DNA of 64,000 nt from Escherichia coli (GTDB taxonomy: Bacteria; Pseudomonadota; Gammaproteobacteria; Enterobacterales; Enterobacteriaceae). The first letter of the stretch is position 1. The number at the start of each line of letters is the position of its first letter. The stretch lies in assembly GCF_024502345.1 (NCBI RefSeq), contig NZ_JALDNN010000001.1. One strand, written 5' to 3'. The position numbers were made by a program, and so were the translations under genes. The notes under the pieces are model-generated. The model did not search any database. It was not told the DNA's origin and saw only the letters and a program-made list of their open reading frames with translations. This document shows positions 45,738 to 62,952 of the stretch, piece after piece.

Positions 45738-47189
45738 TCATTCACGCCAGAAAGTCGGGGTAAAGAGCACCAGCAATGTAAAGACCTCGAGACGACCAAA
45801 CAGCATGTTGGCAATCAGGATCCATTTAGCCACCGGGTTCATACTGGTAAAGTTATCAGCAACCACGCCAAGCCCTGGCCCCAGGTTATTCAATGTCGCA
45901 ACAACTGAGGCAAAGGCAGAAAAATCATCCACGCCCGTGGCGATAATCGCCAGCATACTGACAATAAACACCAATGCATAGGCGGAGAAAAATCCCCAAA
46001 CGGCTTCGAGGATACGTTCCGGCAGTGCGCGATTCCCCAGCTTAATGCTATAGACGGCGTTCGGATGCACCAGTCGTTTCAGCTCACGGTTCCCCTGCTT
46101 AAACAGCAGCAGGATGCGGATCACTTTCAGGCCACCGCCCGTTGATCCGGCGCAACCGCCGATAAAAGCTGAACATAAAAGCAGTACCGGCAAAAAGAGC
46201 GGCCAGCGGGCAATGCTGTCAGTCGTAAACCCGGCGGTTGTCGCCATCGATACCACCTGGAAAAACGCCTGGTTAATTGTCATCAGCGCCGAACTGTAGA
46301 CATTATGAAACCACAGTACGAGTGTACAAATAACCACCAGCGTAAACTGTACGCCGATAAACATGCGAAATTCCGGATCGCGCCAATAAACCTTCAGACT
46401 ACGCCCACTTAACAGTGAAAAGTGCAGACCGTAGTTACAGCCGGAGATCAGCAGGAAGATAGCAATGATAGTGTTAATAGTCGGGCTGTCGAAATAACCG
46501 ATACTGGCATCATGTGTCGAGAAGCCGCCAATAGCGATAGTCGCAAAGCTATGGCCGATGGCATCAAAGGCATCCATTCCGGCAAACCACAACGCCAGCG
46601 CACAGGCGACGGTCAGCAAGACATAAATCAACCACAGGGTTTTCGCCGTTTCCGCAATTCGCGGGCGCATTTTGTTATCTTTCAGCGGGCCGGGCATTTC
46701 TGCGCGATAGAGCTGCATCCCACCCACGCCGAGGATAGGCAGTATCGCAACCGCTAACACGATGATCCCCATCCCGCCAAACCATTGCAGCATCTGGCGA
46801 TAAAAGAGGATGGCATGAGGGAGCGAATCCAGCCCCACCAGCGTAGTGGCCCCGGTGGTGGTCAGGCCAGAGAAAGATTCAAAAAACGCATCGGTAATCG
46901 TGAGGTTCGGGCTTTCCGAGAAGATAAAAGGGAGCGCACCGACACTACCCAGCACGGTCCAGAACAGCACCACTATCAGAAACCCCTCACGGGATTTCAG
47001 TTCGCCCTTCTCTTTACGGTTCGGCCACCACAGCATAGAACCAATGGCGAGGGCGACAAAAAAGGTCTGGGTAAAAGCGCGGCCCGCTCCATCCCGGTAG
47101 ATGAGTGCTACCAGCCCAGGGATAATCATGGTCCCTGAAAATAAGATGACCAGTAGTCCAACGATTCGGGTAATGGCGCGAAAATGCAT
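45738..47189 (-). CDS. trkH: Trk-system potassium uptake protein TrkH
   Basis: 483-aa polytopic membrane ORF; matches TrkH. Confidence 0.9.
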   Translation of the reverse strand: MHFRAITRIVGLLVILFSGTMIIPGLVALIYRDGAGRAFTQTFFVALAIGSMLWWPNRKEKGELKSREGFLIVVLFWTVLGSVGALPFIFSESPNLTITDAFFESFSGLTTTGATTLVGLDSLPHAILFYRQMLQWFGGMGIIVLAVAILPILGVGGMQLYRAEMPGPLKDNKMRPRIAETAKTLWLIYVLLTVACALALWFAGMDAFDAIGHSFATIAIGGFSTHDASIGYFDSPTINTIIAIFLLISGCNYGLHFSLLSGRSLKVYWRDPEFRMFIGVQFTLVVICTLVLWFHNVYSSALMTINQAFFQVVSMATTAGFTTDSIARWPLFLPVLLLCSAFIGGCAGSTGGGLKVIRILLLFKQGNRELKRLVHPNAVYSIKLGNRALPERILEAVWGFFSAYALVFIVSMLAIIATGVDDFSAFASVVATLNNLGPGLGVVADNFTSMNPVAKWILIANMLFGRLEVFTLLVLFTPTFWRE

Positions 47190-47227
47190 CTCTGCCGCTT
47201 CCTTAGTTCTGCAAAACGAAGTGGGGA

Positions 47228-47845
47228 TTATTCTTCAATCGCTAACAATTGCAATGAACCACGGCTAAAATCCGCCAGCTTTGCGGAAAATTCAGCCACT
47301 TTCGCCGCCGGAAGCGCCACCCGCAGCAGAACGAATGCCTGATAATCACTGTTGATAATTTTGCCGTCACACTGCCCCAGCAACGCTTCAATGCCGGTTA
47401 ACTGATGATATTCACATTGCAAAGTATATTCGGTTAATGGCGTCTTGCGTTGGGTCGTTAGCTGGCGCAGCGCCTGATTCACGCCGCCGCCATACGCTTT
47501 CACTAACCCACCGGTGCCAAGCAATATGCCGCCGTAGTAGCGCACTACCACAGCGGTAATTTCCCCGACGCCGCTGCCCATTAGCTGGGCGAGCATCGGT
47601 TTACCTGCCGTTCCTGCCGGCTCCCCGTCGTCAGAGAAACCCAGCTGTTGAGAATCATCCGGCGCACCCGCCACCCACGCCACGCAATGGTGGCGGGCAT
47701 CGGGGTGTTCTGCCCGCACCGATTCAACAAACGCTTTCGCCGCCTCAACGCCATCGGTATGCGCCAACATCGTTATGAAGCGGCTTTTTTTGATCTCTTC
47801 AACGACCGTGACCGGTGCCGCAGGAATTAACCAGCTTTCCATCAC
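47228..47845 (-). CDS. yigZ: IMPACT-family protein YigZ
   Basis: 205-aa ORF; start overlaps the pepQ stop (ATGA). Confidence 0.85.
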
Positions 47846-49173
47846 GCCAGTTTCAGATCCCGGGTCATGTTTTCCACGTTGTTTTCGTGGATCACCACGT
47901 TGTCTTCGATACGAATGCCGCCGAACGGTTTCAGTGCTTCAATTTTCTGCCAGTTGAAGTGCTTGCTGAACTGCCCTTCACGCCACGGTGCCAGTAGCGA
48001 TTCAATGAAGTAGATACCCGGTTCGATGGTTAACACCATACCCGGCTGGAGAATACGGGTGCAGCGCAGGTACGGATATTTTGCCGGTGCCGCGAGGTGT
48101 GTACCGCTATCATCCTGCATAAAACCGGCTACGTCATGCACCTGCAGGCCCAGCGGATGACCGATACCGTGCGGCATAAACGGTCCGGTGAGATCGTTTT
48201 CGACCATCGCTTCTTCACTCATATCGGTGATGATTTGATGTTTACGCAGCAGTTTGGCGATGCGCTGATGGAACTGGATGTGGTAATCCACATAGCTAAC
48301 GCCTGCTTTCATGGTGGCGATCAGCGCCAGTTGTTCATCATTTACGTCTTTCACCAGCTGTGCGTAGTCGTTGTCGCTTTTTGCCGACCAGGTACGAGTC
48401 AGGTCAGCCGCATAGCCGTTATATTCGGCCCCGGCATCCAGCAGGAAGCTGCGCATCTCTTCCGGTGCCTGGTGGTCCAGTTTGGTGTAATGCAGCACCG
48501 CAGCGTGTTCGTTAAGCGCCACAATGTTGCTGTAAGGTACGTCGGTATCACGATGACCGGTCGCGGTCAGATAGGCAATGTTGATATCGAACTCGCTCAT
48601 GCCAGAACGGAACGCTTCTTCTGCCGCGCGATGACCGTTGACCGCCATTTTCTGCGCTTCACGCATACAGGCCAGTTCGTACTCGGTTTTGAAGGAGCGG
48701 TAGTAATGCAGGTAGTCGATCACCCCTTTCGGGTTGATGTTGCTGGCCTCAATACCCAGTTGCAGCGCACGTTCCGGCACCGGACCGATATAACCGATAT
48801 TGCCGCGCGCAGCAGGCAGCAGGCTACCAATGCCATCGGCTTTCGGCAGCGCGATCACTTCCACATCTTCAGTCCAGAAGGAGGTCGGCAGCGGTTCGAC
48901 GTTGTGCCAGTAATCAACCGGCAGATAGAACCACAGTTTCGGCTTGTTCACGCCATCCACCAGCAACCAGCAGTTTGGCACCTGAGTTACCGGCACCCAC
49001 GCTTTGAATTGCGGGTTCACTTTAAACGGATAGGGATGATCGTCGAGAAAAACGTTGAACAGCTCGCCGGAGTGAATAAGTAATGCATCCAGCTTGAAGC
49101 GCGCCAGCGCATCGCGAGTCCGTTCTTGTAAGGTAGCTATATGATTTTTATAGAGCGAGGCCAGTGATTCCAT
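47842..49173 (-). CDS. pepQ: Xaa-Pro dipeptidase (prolidase)
   Basis: 443-aa ORF, M24 metallopeptidase fold; matches PepQ. Confidence 0.9.
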
Positions 49174-49320
49174 TTTTTACCCTTCTGTTTTTTTGACCTT
49201 AAGTCTCCGCATCTTAGCACATCGTTCATCCAGAGCGTGATTTCTGCCGAGCGTGATCAGATCGGCATTTCTTTAATCTTTTATTTGCATATTTTTAACA
49301 CAAAATACAGACTTCGATGC

Positions 49321-49337
49321 ATCTGGTACGACCAGAT
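49321..49337 (+). promoter_or_regulatory. FadR operator upstream of fadB
   Basis: ATCTGGTACGACCAGAT, palindromic FadR-type site 26 bp upstream of the fadB ATG. Confidence 0.75.
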
Positions 49338-49362
49338 CACCTTGCGGATTCAGGAGACTGAC

Positions 49363-51552
49363 ATGCTTTACAAAGGCGACACCCTGTACCTTGACTGGCT
49401 GGAAGATGGCATTGCCGAACTGGTATTTGATGCCCCAGGTTCAGTTAATAAACTCGACACTGCGACCGTCGCCAGCCTCGGCGAGGCCATCGGCGTGCTG
49501 GAACAGCAATCAGATCTAAAAGGGCTGCTGCTGCGTTCGAACAAAGCAGCCTTTATCGTCGGTGCTGATATCACCGAATTTTTGTCCCTGTTCCTCGTTC
49601 CTGAAGAACAGTTAAGTCAGTGGCTGCACTTTGCCAATAGCGTGTTTAATCGCCTGGAAGATCTGCCGGTGCCGACCATTGCTGCCGTCAACGGCTATGC
49701 GCTGGGTGGTGGCTGCGAATGCGTGCTGGCGACCGATTATCGTCTGGCGACGCCGGATCTGCGCATCGGTCTGCCGGAAACCAAACTGGGCATCATGCCG
49801 GGCTTTGGCGGTTCTGTACGTATGCCACGTATGCTGGGCGCTGACAGTGCGCTGGAAATCATTGCCGCCGGTAAAGATGTCGGCGCGGATCAGGCGCTGA
49901 AAATCGGTCTGGTGGATGGGGTAGTCAAAGCAGAAAAACTGGTTGAAGGCGCAAAGGCGGTTTTACGCCAGGCCATTAACGGCGACCTCGACTGGAAAGC
50001 GAAACGCCAGCCGAAGCTGGAACCGCTAAAACTGAGCAAGATTGAAGCCACCATGAGCTTCACCATCGCTAAAGGAATGGTCGCGCAAACGGCGGGGAAA
50101 CATTATCCGGCCCCCATCACCGCAGTAAAAACCATTGAAGCTGCGGCCCGTTTTGGTCGTGAAGAAGCCTTAAATCTGGAAAACAAAAGTTTTGTCCCGC
50201 TGGCGCATACCAACGAAGCTCGCGCACTGGTCGGCATTTTCCTTAACGATCAATATGTAAAAGGCAAAGCGAAGAAACTCACCAAAGACGTTGAAACCCC
50301 GAAACAGGCCGCGGTGCTGGGTGCAGGCATTATGGGCGGCGGCATCGCTTACCAGTCTGCGTGGAAAGGCGTGCCGGTTGTCATGAAAGATATCAACGAC
50401 AAGTCGTTAACCCTCGGCATGACCGAAGCCGCGAAACTGCTGAACAAGCAGCTTGAGCGCGGCAAGATCGATGGTCTGAAACTGGCTGGCGTGATCTCCA
50501 CAATCCACCCAACGCTCGACTACGCCGGGTTTGACCGCGTGGATGTTGTGGTAGAAGCGGTTGTCGAAAACCCGAAAGTGAAAAAAGCCGTACTGGCAGA
50601 AACCGAACAAAAAGTACGCCCGGATACCGTGCTGGCGTCTAACACTTCAACCATTCCTATCAGCGAACTGGCCAACGCGCTGGAACGCCCGGAAAACTTC
50701 TGCGGAATGCACTTTTTTAACCCGGTACACCGGATGCCGTTGGTAGAAATTATTCGCGGCGAGAAAAGCTCCGACGAAACCATCGCGAAAGTTGTCGCCT
50801 GGGCGAGCAAGATGGGCAAGACGCCGATTGTGGTTAACGACTGCCCCGGCTTCTTTGTTAACCGCGTGCTGTTCCCGTATTTCGCCGGTTTCAGCCAGCT
50901 GCTGCGCGACGGCGCGGATTTCCGCAAGATCGACAAAGTGATGGAAAAACAGTTTGGCTGGCCTATGGGTCCGACATATCTGCTGGATGTCGTGGGCATT
51001 GATACCGCGCATCACGCTCAGGCTGTCATGGCAGCAGGCTTCCCGCAGCGGATGCAGAAAGATTACCGCGATGCCATCGACGCGCTGTTTGATGCCAACC
51101 GCTTTGGTCAGAAGAACGGCCTCGGTTTCTGGCGTTATAAAGAAGACAGCAAAGGTAAGCCGAAGAAAGAAGAAGACGCCGCCGTTGAAGACCTGCTGGC
51201 AGAAGTGAGCCAGCCGAAGCGCGATTTCAGCGAAGAAGAGATTATCGCCCGCATGATGATCCCGATGGTCAACGAAGTGGTGCGCTGTCTGGAGGAAGGC
51301 ATTATCGCCACTCCGGCGGAAGCGGATATGGCGCTGGTCTACGGCCTGGGCTTCCCTCCGTTCCACGGCGGCGCGTTCCGCTGGCTGGACACCCTCGGTA
51401 GCGCAAAATACCTCGATATGGCACAGCAATATCAGCACCTCGGCCCGCTGTATGAAGTGCCGGAAGGTCTGCGTAATAAAGCGCGTCATAACGAACCGTA
51501 CTATCCTCCGGTTGAGCCAGCCCGTCCGGTTGGCGACCTGAAAACGGCTTAA
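49363..51552 (+). CDS. fadB: Fatty-acid oxidation complex alpha subunit (enoyl-CoA hydratase / 3-hydroxyacyl-CoA dehydrogenase)
   Basis: ORF-track frame 49237..51552; start set at ATG 49363 ([13 protein letters not shown]...) with AGGAG SD, 729 aa. Confidence 0.95.
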   Translation: MLYKGDTLYLDWLEDGIAELVFDAPGSVNKLDTATVASLGEAIGVLEQQSDLKGLLLRSNKAAFIVGADITEFLSLFLVPEEQLSQWLHFANSVFNRLEDLPVPTIAAVNGYALGGGCECVLATDYRLATPDLRIGLPETKLGIMPGFGGSVRMPRMLGADSALEIIAAGKDVGADQALKIGLVDGVVKAEKLVEGAKAVLRQAINGDLDWKAKRQPKLEPLKLSKIEATMSFTIAKGMVAQTAGKHYPAPITAVKTIEAAARFGREEALNLENKSFVPLAHTNEARALVGIFLNDQYVKGKAKKLTKDVETPKQAAVLGAGIMGGGIAYQSAWKGVPVVMKDINDKSLTLGMTEAAKLLNKQLERGKIDGLKLAGVISTIHPTLDYAGFDRVDVVVEAVVENPKVKKAVLAETEQKVRPDTVLASNTSTIPISELANALERPENFCGMHFFNPVHRMPLVEIIRGEKSSDETIAKVVAWASKMGKTPIVVNDCPGFFVNRVLFPYFAGFSQLLRDGADFRKIDKVMEKQFGWPMGPTYLLDVVGIDTAHHAQAVMAAGFPQRMQKDYRDAIDALFDANRFGQKNGLGFWRYKEDSKGKPKKEEDAAVEDLLAEVSQPKRDFSEEEIIARMMIPMVNEVVRCLEEGIIATPAEADMALVYGLGFPPFHGGAFRWLDTLGSAKYLDMAQQYQHLGPLYEVPEGLRNKARHNEPYYPPVEPARPVGDLKTA

Positions 51553-52725
<1,173 letters not shown>

Positions 52726-52732
52726 CCACTTG

Positions 52733-52845
52733 CCGGATGCGGCGTGAACGCCTTATCCGGTCTACCGATCCGGCACCAATGTAGGCCTGATAAGACGCGC
52801 CAGCGTCGCATCAGGCGTCGTGCACCAATTGCCGGATGCGACATA
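52733..52845. repeat. Cluster of REP elements downstream of fadA
   Basis: GCCGGATGCGGCGTGAACGCCTTATCCGGTCTAC; GTAGGCCTGATAAGACGCGCCAGCGTCGCATCAGGC; partial TGCCGGATGCGACAT. Confidence 0.85.
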
Positions 52846-52885
52846 GATCTAAATGCCACTGAATAAAGTTTTAGTTGCCGTTCTT

Positions 52886-52911
52886 CCCGCCTGTCAGGGG
52901 CGGGTTTTTTT
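52886..52911 (+). terminator. Rho-independent terminator of the fadBA operon
   Basis: CCCGCC-TGTCAGG-GGCGGG followed by TTTTTTT. Confidence 0.8.
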
Positions 52912-52916
52912 ATATC

Positions 52917-53618
52917 TCAGATAAATGCAAACGCATCGCCAAACAGGCGATCTTCCCGCGCATTACGCTCACTGCAAAACAGGTCACGGGCAATTTTCGC
53001 CATCTCAAAACGTCCGGCAATATAGATATCATGCTCTGCCAGCGTACCATGATCCTGCAATACCGCCGTTAACACGGTACCAGTACGCCCACGCCAGCCT
53101 GCTTCCGGTTGTTCAACCACCGGCACCACTTGCAGACCAGGGTGCTTTAGCGAAAGCGCCTCAAGCTCGCAGAGATCATACAGATGTTGCTCTTCACGCC
53201 CGCCCCAGTAAATGGTGATATCGCGATTGGGATTACGCGCCAACGCCGTCAATAAAATCGAGCGCGCATAGGAGAACCCGGTGCCGCCCGCAATCAAAAT
53301 CATCGGACGCTCTTCATCATCGCGCAGCCACGCTTCTCCGTGGGGAATATCGACCACGATTTGATGATCTTTGAGGATGCGGTCCATGACTGCTTTCGCG
53401 TAAAGGTTGATTTCAGAAGCGCCAATATGCAGCTCGATAAACCCTTTTTCATCCGGCGTCGAAGCCATTGAAAACGGACGTTTGTCGCGCTCATCCATCA
53501 CTACCATCAAATACTGACCAGCACGAAAAGAAAAGGCCGCGTCTGGCACGATGCGGACACGATATACGGTATCCGTGATAGCTTCTACCGAGGTCACTTT
53601 ACAGCTTAAGGTTGTCAT
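52917..53618 (-). CDS. fre: NAD(P)H-flavin reductase
   Basis: Start set at the Met of [21 protein letters not shown]..., 233 aa; ferredoxin-NADP reductase fold. Confidence 0.9.
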
Positions 53619-53663
53619 GCGCTTTCTCTGTCGGATCGATAAATAGGGCAAAACAAACGCGCA

Positions 53664-55157
53664 TCAGGCGCTTTTACCGTTGTTAAAAATAGCCAGTTCA
53701 TCCCAGATGGCGTCAATATGCGCGACAACATCTGGATCTTTTTTGATGGGACGTCCCCATTCACGCTGGGTTTCCCCCGGCCATTTATTCGTGGCATCCA
53801 GCCCCATTTTTGAACCCAGCCCGGAGACAGGCGAGGCAAAATCCAGATAATCAATAGGCGTATTTTCTACCAGAACAGTATCCCGCGCCGGGTCCATACG
53901 GGTGGTAATCGCCCAAATCACATCGTTCCAGTCGCGTGCGTTGACGTCATCATCGCAAACGATCACAAATTTAGTGTACATAAACTGGCGTAAGAACGAC
54001 CAGACGCCCATCATGACGCGCTTCGCGTGTCCGGCGTACTGTTTTTTGATCGTCACTACCGCCAGACGATAAGAACAGCCTTCCGGCGGCAGGTAAAAAT
54101 CGACAATTTCCGGGAACTGTTTTTGCAGAATCGGTACAAACACTTCGTTCAACGCCACGCCCAGTACCGCGGGCTCATCTGGCGGACGCCCGGTATAGGT
54201 GGAATGGTAAATCGCATCTTCACGCTGGGTAATATGCGTCACGGTAAATACCGGGAAACTATCGACTTCGTTATAGTAACCGGTGTGGTCGCCATACGGC
54301 CCTTCCGGCGCCGTTTCACCTTGTTCGATATACCCTTCCAGCACAATCTCCGCACTGGCGGGCACTTCAAGGTCATTGGAGATACACTTCACCACTTCGG
54401 TCTTGGTACCGCGCAGCAATCCGGCAAACGCATACTCTGAAAGTGTATCCGGAACGGGGGTGACTGCACCGAGAATCGTGGCGGGATCGGCACCCAGCGC
54501 CACAGAAACCGGGAAACGTTCGCCCGGATGCGCCGCACACCACTCCTGATAATCCAGCGCGCCGCCGCGATGCGACAGCCAGCGCATAATCAGTTTGTTT
54601 TTACCAATCAGCTGCTGGCGATAAATGCCCAGATTCTGCCGCTCTTTATGCGGGCCGCGCGTCACTGTCAGCCCCCAGGTAATCAGCGGCGCGGCATCTT
54701 CCGGCCAGCAGGTCATAATGGGAATGCGATTGAGATCGACGTCATCGCCAGAGACGATTTTTTGTTGGCAGGGCGCACCACGCAGCCGCTTTGTCGGCAT
54801 GTTCAATACTTGCTTAAACTGCGGCAGTTTATCAAACAGGTCGCGGAAACCTTTTGGCGGCTCCGGCTCTTTCAGAAACGCCAATAATTTACCAACTTCA
54901 CGCAGCGCCGAAACATCTTCCTGCCCCATGCCCATCGCCACGCGCTTTGGCGTACCGAACAGGTTGCACAGCACCGGCATTGAGTAGCCTTTAGGGTTTT
55001 CGAACAACAGCGCAGGCCCACCGGCACGCAAAGTGCGGTCAGCAATTTCAGTGATTTCCAGATGCGGATCCACCGGGAGCGTGATACGTTTTAGCTCACC
55101 CTGCAGTTCAAGCAGCGTCAAGAAGTCGCGTAAATCGTTATATTTCATGGCGTCCAT
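53664..55157 (-). CDS. ubiD: 3-octaprenyl-4-hydroxybenzoate decarboxylase (prFMN-dependent)
   Basis: 497-aa ORF; matches UbiD. Confidence 0.9.
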   Translation of the reverse strand: MDAMKYNDLRDFLTLLELQGELKRITLPVDPHLEITEIADRTLRAGGPALLFENPKGYSMPVLCNLFGTPKRVAMGMGQEDVSALREVGKLLAFLKEPEPPKGFRDLFDKLPQFKQVLNMPTKRLRGAPCQQKIVSGDDVDLNRIPIMTCWPEDAAPLITWGLTVTRGPHKERQNLGIYRQQLIGKNKLIMRWLSHRGGALDYQEWCAAHPGERFPVSVALGADPATILGAVTPVPDTLSEYAFAGLLRGTKTEVVKCISNDLEVPASAEIVLEGYIEQGETAPEGPYGDHTGYYNEVDSFPVFTVTHITQREDAIYHSTYTGRPPDEPAVLGVALNEVFVPILQKQFPEIVDFYLPPEGCSYRLAVVTIKKQYAGHAKRVMMGVWSFLRQFMYTKFVIVCDDDVNARDWNDVIWAITTRMDPARDTVLVENTPIDYLDFASPVSGLGSKMGLDATNKWPGETQREWGRPIKKDPDVVAHIDAIWDELAIFNNGKSA

Positions 55158-55278
55158 TGTAGCCTCTTAATCTACGCCCATTATACGGCGTTCATCTTTG
55201 CGATGCTGTAAATTTGTTAAATTAGCGTGAACTCTGACGGTATAACGCAAACCGGGGAATATAATTAACTTAGCGTAA

Positions 55279-56591
<1,313 letters not shown>

Positions 56592-56632
56592 CCTGTACTC
56601 CATATGACAACCGCCCTGACGGGCGGTTGAAT

Positions 56633-57409
56633 TTATTCTTCAGTTTTTTCGCTTTCTGCTTCAGCGTCGTTTTCCTCTTCCCGATTTCGCCCTTTACCAA
56701 CGTAAAAGCGTGAGAAGAAGACACCGATTTCAAACAGACAGTACATCGGGATCGCCAACAGCGTTTGCGAGAAGACATCCGGCGGCGTCAGCAACATCCC
56801 GACAACGAATGCACCAACCAGCACATACGGGCGTTTTTTGCGTAAGTCTTCTGGCGAGGTAATCCCCATCCAGCACAGCAGCACTATTGCCACAGGCACT
56901 TCAAAGGAGACACCAAACGCCATAAACAACGCCATAACGAAGCTTAAATAACTGGCGATGTCGGTGGATACCTGTACCCCTTCCGGCGCGGTATTGGCAA
57001 GGAAGCCAAATGCCAGCGGAAAGACCACAAAGTAGGCGAACGCCATACCGATATAAAACAGCAGAGAGCTGGAAACCAGCAGCGGCACCACCAGGCGACG
57101 CTCATGCTTATACAGCGCTGGGGCGATAAATGCCCACACCTGATAGAGAATCACCGGCGCTGACAGAATCAGCGACACCATAAAGGTCAGTTTGATCGGC
57201 GTAAAGAACGGCGAGGCCACGTCGGTGGCGATCATCGTTGAACCTTGCGGCAACTGCTTGATCAATGGCGCGGATACCAGGTGATAGATGTCATTGGCGA
57301 AATAGACCAGACACAGGAATATCACGATCACCGCGATAATGCAGTTCAGCAGACGCTTACGCAGCTCAATCAGATGCGTGATAAGCGGTTGAGTATCTTC
57401 TACAGACAT
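56633..57409 (-). CDS. tatC: Twin-arginine translocase subunit TatC
   Basis: 258-aa polytopic membrane ORF. Confidence 0.92.
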
Positions 57410-57411
57410 GT

Positions 57412-57927
57412 TTACGGTTTATCACTCGACGAAGGGGAAGGTGCAGCGGTTTTCGGTTCAGCGTCCGCAGCAGGTTTTACCACCGGCTCTGGCGTGGTTT
57501 CTGGCTTCTGTTCCGGCGAACTGGCCTGCGTTTGTGCAGCGGCAGGCGTTACGCCTTCATGCGCAGCTTCATTGTCTTTCACCACCGGGTTATGGATGGT
57601 GTGCGCTTCATCGCTCGCCTTTTCAGGATCGTTTGCAACGTAGGAACGCTTCATCGACTCCGCGGCCTGGCGTAATTCATCCATCGACGCTTTCAGTTCG
57701 GGCGTCAGGTTAGTGAGGCTCGCCTTTTCAACCTTTTTCAGACTGTCCTGAAACTCCTGGAGTTTTAACTCCTGGGTCAGTTCGTTCTGCACCGTTGTCG
57801 CCAGTGAACGCAACGCGCGAATCCAGCCCGCTACCGTTTTTACCGCCACAGGCAGTCGTTGCGGCCCCAGAACGACGAGGCCGATGATGAACACCAATAG
57901 CAGTTCGCTAAAACCGATATCAAACAC
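57412..57927 (-). CDS. tatB: Twin-arginine translocase subunit TatB
   Basis: 171-aa [29 protein letters not shown].... Confidence 0.92.
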
Positions 57928-57930
57928 GGA

Positions 57931-58200
57931 TTACACCTGCTCTTTATCGTGGCGCTTCGCGTCTTCTGTTTTAGCCTGTTCCTGATTCGTATCCGCCTGC
58001 TTATCGGCGATAGTTTTCGCAGTAAAATCAGCATCCTGACTGGTTTTATCCTGCTTTGGTTCATCATCGCTCATTGCTTTTTTAAAGCCTTTGATCGACG
58101 CACCAAGATCGGAACCGATGGAGCCGAGCTTTTTGGTGCCAAAAAGCAGTACAACGATGACGGCAATAATCAATAACTGCCAAATACTGATACCACCCAT
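57931..58200 (-). CDS. tatA: Twin-arginine translocase subunit TatA
   Basis: Start set at the Met of [26 protein letters not shown]..., 89 aa. Confidence 0.92.
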   Translation of the reverse strand: MGGISIWQLLIIAVIVVLLFGTKKLGSIGSDLGASIKGFKKAMSDDEPKQDKTSQDADFTAKTIADKQADTNQEQAKTEDAKRHDKEQV

Positions 58201-58278
58201 ACATGTTCCTCTGTGGTAGATGATGATTAAACAAAGCCGCATTATACGTTACACGGCCCGCCTTGAGCGATGAAAAAA

Positions 58279-60521
<2,243 letters not shown>

Positions 60522-60534
60522 TTCCGGTCTCCTG

Positions 60535-61290
60535 TCAGAACTTATAACCACGATGCAGCGCCACAACCCCTGCCGTCAGATTGTAGTAGTCGACACTTTC
60601 GAATCCGGCATCCTGCATCATGGCTTTCAGGGTATCCTGATCGGGATGCATACGGATGGATTCTGCCAGATAACGGTAGCTGTCGGCGTCGTTCGCGACC
60701 AGTGAGCCAATACGCGGCAGCACATGGAAGGAGTATGCATCATAGGCTTTGCTCAGCGGCTCGATAATTGGCTTCGAGAACTCAAGCACCAGCAGGCGGC
60801 CGCCGGGTTTCAGCACGCGATACATTGAACGCAGTGCTTTATCTTTGTCGGTGACGTTACGCAGACCAAACGAAATGGTGATGCAATCAAAGGTGTTATC
60901 CGGGAACGGCAGCGCCTCAGCGTTCGCCTGAACATACTCAACGTTGCCAATCACACCGATATTACGCAGCTTCTCGCGGCCCATTTTGAGCATGGATTCA
61001 TTGATATCAGCAAGGACCACTTTGCCAGTTTCTCCGACCAGGCGGGAGAATTTCGCTGTCAGGTCGCCGGTGCCACCAGCCAGATCCAGCACGGTCTGCC
61101 CACGGCGTACGCCGCTGCAATCAATCGTGAATCGCTTCCACAAACGATGAATACCAAATGACATCAAATCATTCATGACATCGTATTTTGATGCCACGGA
61201 ATGGAAAACGTGGGCGACCATATCCGCTTTTTGTTCCTTCGCGACGGTCTGAAAACCAAAGTGCGTCGTTTCTTGTGACTTATCCACCAT
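60535..61290 (-). CDS. ubiE: Ubiquinone/menaquinone C-methyltransferase
   Basis: 251-aa ORF with SAM-binding motif [10 protein letters not shown]. Confidence 0.92.
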
Positions 61291-61384
61291 CTCAATGCCT
61301 GCTCATCAAAAAATTGTTCCAGAAGTGTAACAGATTGGGCGTCGATGCCCTAGATTTCTACCCGGCTTAACTACTCCCAATGGG

Positions 61385-62812
61385 CTAGCGCGACTGCTGA
61401 TTATATTCATCATCGCGTTGATAAGCTTCATCATTCGGCTGCTCCGGAACCGACCGAAGTCGATACTCTTCATCCTGGCTCACCGCCTGTTCAGCCAAAT
61501 CCGGATTAATCTCGCGTTTAATTTCTACTCCTAAACCGCGAAACGCTTCTGCCTGCGCCAGCACATTTCCGCGACCTGAAGAGAGTTTTTTCATTGCCTG
61601 GCGGTAGTTATCCTGCGCTTTGTCGAGACTTTGACCAATCGCTGACATGTCATCGATGAACAAACGCATCTTGTCGTACAGCTTGCTGGCACGATCGGCG
61701 ATTTGCTGGGCGTTGCGGCTTTGATGCTCATAACGCCACAGGTTGGCGATAGTGCGCAGCGCCACCAGCAGCGTAGTCGGGCTAACCAGCATGATATTGT
61801 TTTTCAACGCTTCGGTGATCAGCTCCGGCTGGCGGTCAAGCGCCAGTAAAAAAGCGGGTTCAACGGGAATAAACATCAGCACGTAATCCAGAGTTCGCAG
61901 CCCCGGCAGCTGTTGATAATCTTTGCGTCCCAGCAAACGGATATGGTTACGCACCGACGCGATATGTTCCTGTAGCGCGCTTTCGCGGGTGTAGTCGTCT
62001 TCGGCGTTAAAATAGCGTTCATAGGCGACCAGCGTCATTTTGGCGTCGATCACCACATCTTTTCCCTGCGGCAGCCGCACGATGACATCCGGCTGCATCC
62101 GCGAGCGGGCGTCATTTTCGATGCTGACCTGGGTTTCATATTCATACCCTTCACGCAGACCGGAAGCCTCCAGCACCCGCGTCAATACTACCTCGCCCCA
62201 GTTGCCCTGGGTTTTATTGTCGCCTTTCAGCGCGCGCGTCAGGTTGATCGCTTCCTGGGCCATTTGCGCGTTGAGTTGCTGGAGATTGCGAATTTCGTGG
62301 GTCAGGGTATGGCGTTCTTGTGCTTCTTTACCGAAGCTGTCCTGAACCTGACGGCGGAAACCGTCCAGTTGTTCACGTAGCGGCGACAACAGGCTGTTCA
62401 GACTCTGACGGTTTTGCTCATCAACCCGGCGATTGCTGTGCTCAAAAATACGGTTGGCGAGGTTTTCAAACTGCTCACTGAGGCGCTGCTCGCTGTTAAT
62501 CATCTGGCGAATTTTATCGTCAGCATGTTGCTGTGCGGCTTCCATCCGCGTGGTTACTTCACGCAGATCGGCCTCCAGAGAGGTGTTAATACTTTGCAGG
62601 CTGCGCACTTCGTTATTGAGTAACTCGCACTCTGCACGCCAGTGCTCGCTTTGGGTAATTTGTTGTTTTGCCGCGCTTAACTCCGCGACCATCTCTTCAC
62701 GTTCAGCTAATTGCTCGGCTTTTTGCTGCGCATGTTGATAACTGGCAAACAGCCAGCCAATTGCCACACCCACCAACGCAATAACTGCGTAAACCATGAT
62801 TGAGAAATCCAC
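61385..62812 (-). CDS. rmuC: DNA recombination protein RmuC
   Basis: 475-aa ORF with N-terminal TM segment and coiled-coil region. Confidence 0.9.
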   Translation of the reverse strand: MDFSIMVYAVIALVGVAIGWLFASYQHAQQKAEQLAEREEMVAELSAAKQQITQSEHWRAECELLNNEVRSLQSINTSLEADLREVTTRMEAAQQHADDKIRQMINSEQRLSEQFENLANRIFEHSNRRVDEQNRQSLNSLLSPLREQLDGFRRQVQDSFGKEAQERHTLTHEIRNLQQLNAQMAQEAINLTRALKGDNKTQGNWGEVVLTRVLEASGLREGYEYETQVSIENDARSRMQPDVIVRLPQGKDVVIDAKMTLVAYERYFNAEDDYTRESALQEHIASVRNHIRLLGRKDYQQLPGLRTLDYVLMFIPVEPAFLLALDRQPELITEALKNNIMLVSPTTLLVALRTIANLWRYEHQSRNAQQIADRASKLYDKMRLFIDDMSAIGQSLDKAQDNYRQAMKKLSSGRGNVLAQAEAFRGLGVEIKREINPDLAEQAVSQDEEYRLRSVPEQPNDEAYQRDDEYNQQSR

Positions 62813-62902
62813 AACGCCTCCTGACGCAACAACTTACCCGCACAAAATAGAATTGTGCTGTACAAACGTCCAGTTGGAAAGGCATTTCCTGCGAGGCGCT
62901 AC

Positions 62903-62933
62903 GCAAAAATACAAAAGGCCGAACGCGTCGGCC
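62903..62933 (-). terminator. udp rho-independent terminator
   Basis: Hairpin GGCCGAACGCGTCGGCC (62917-62933); on the minus strand it is followed by UUUUGUAUUUUUG. Confidence 0.75.
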
Positions 62934-62952
62934 TTCAGACAGGAGAAGAGAA

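Noticed and set aside
48097-49083. 328-aa plus-strand ORF opposite pepQ
   Set aside because: Antisense shadow ORF; pepQ on the minus strand gives the conserved M24 peptidase.
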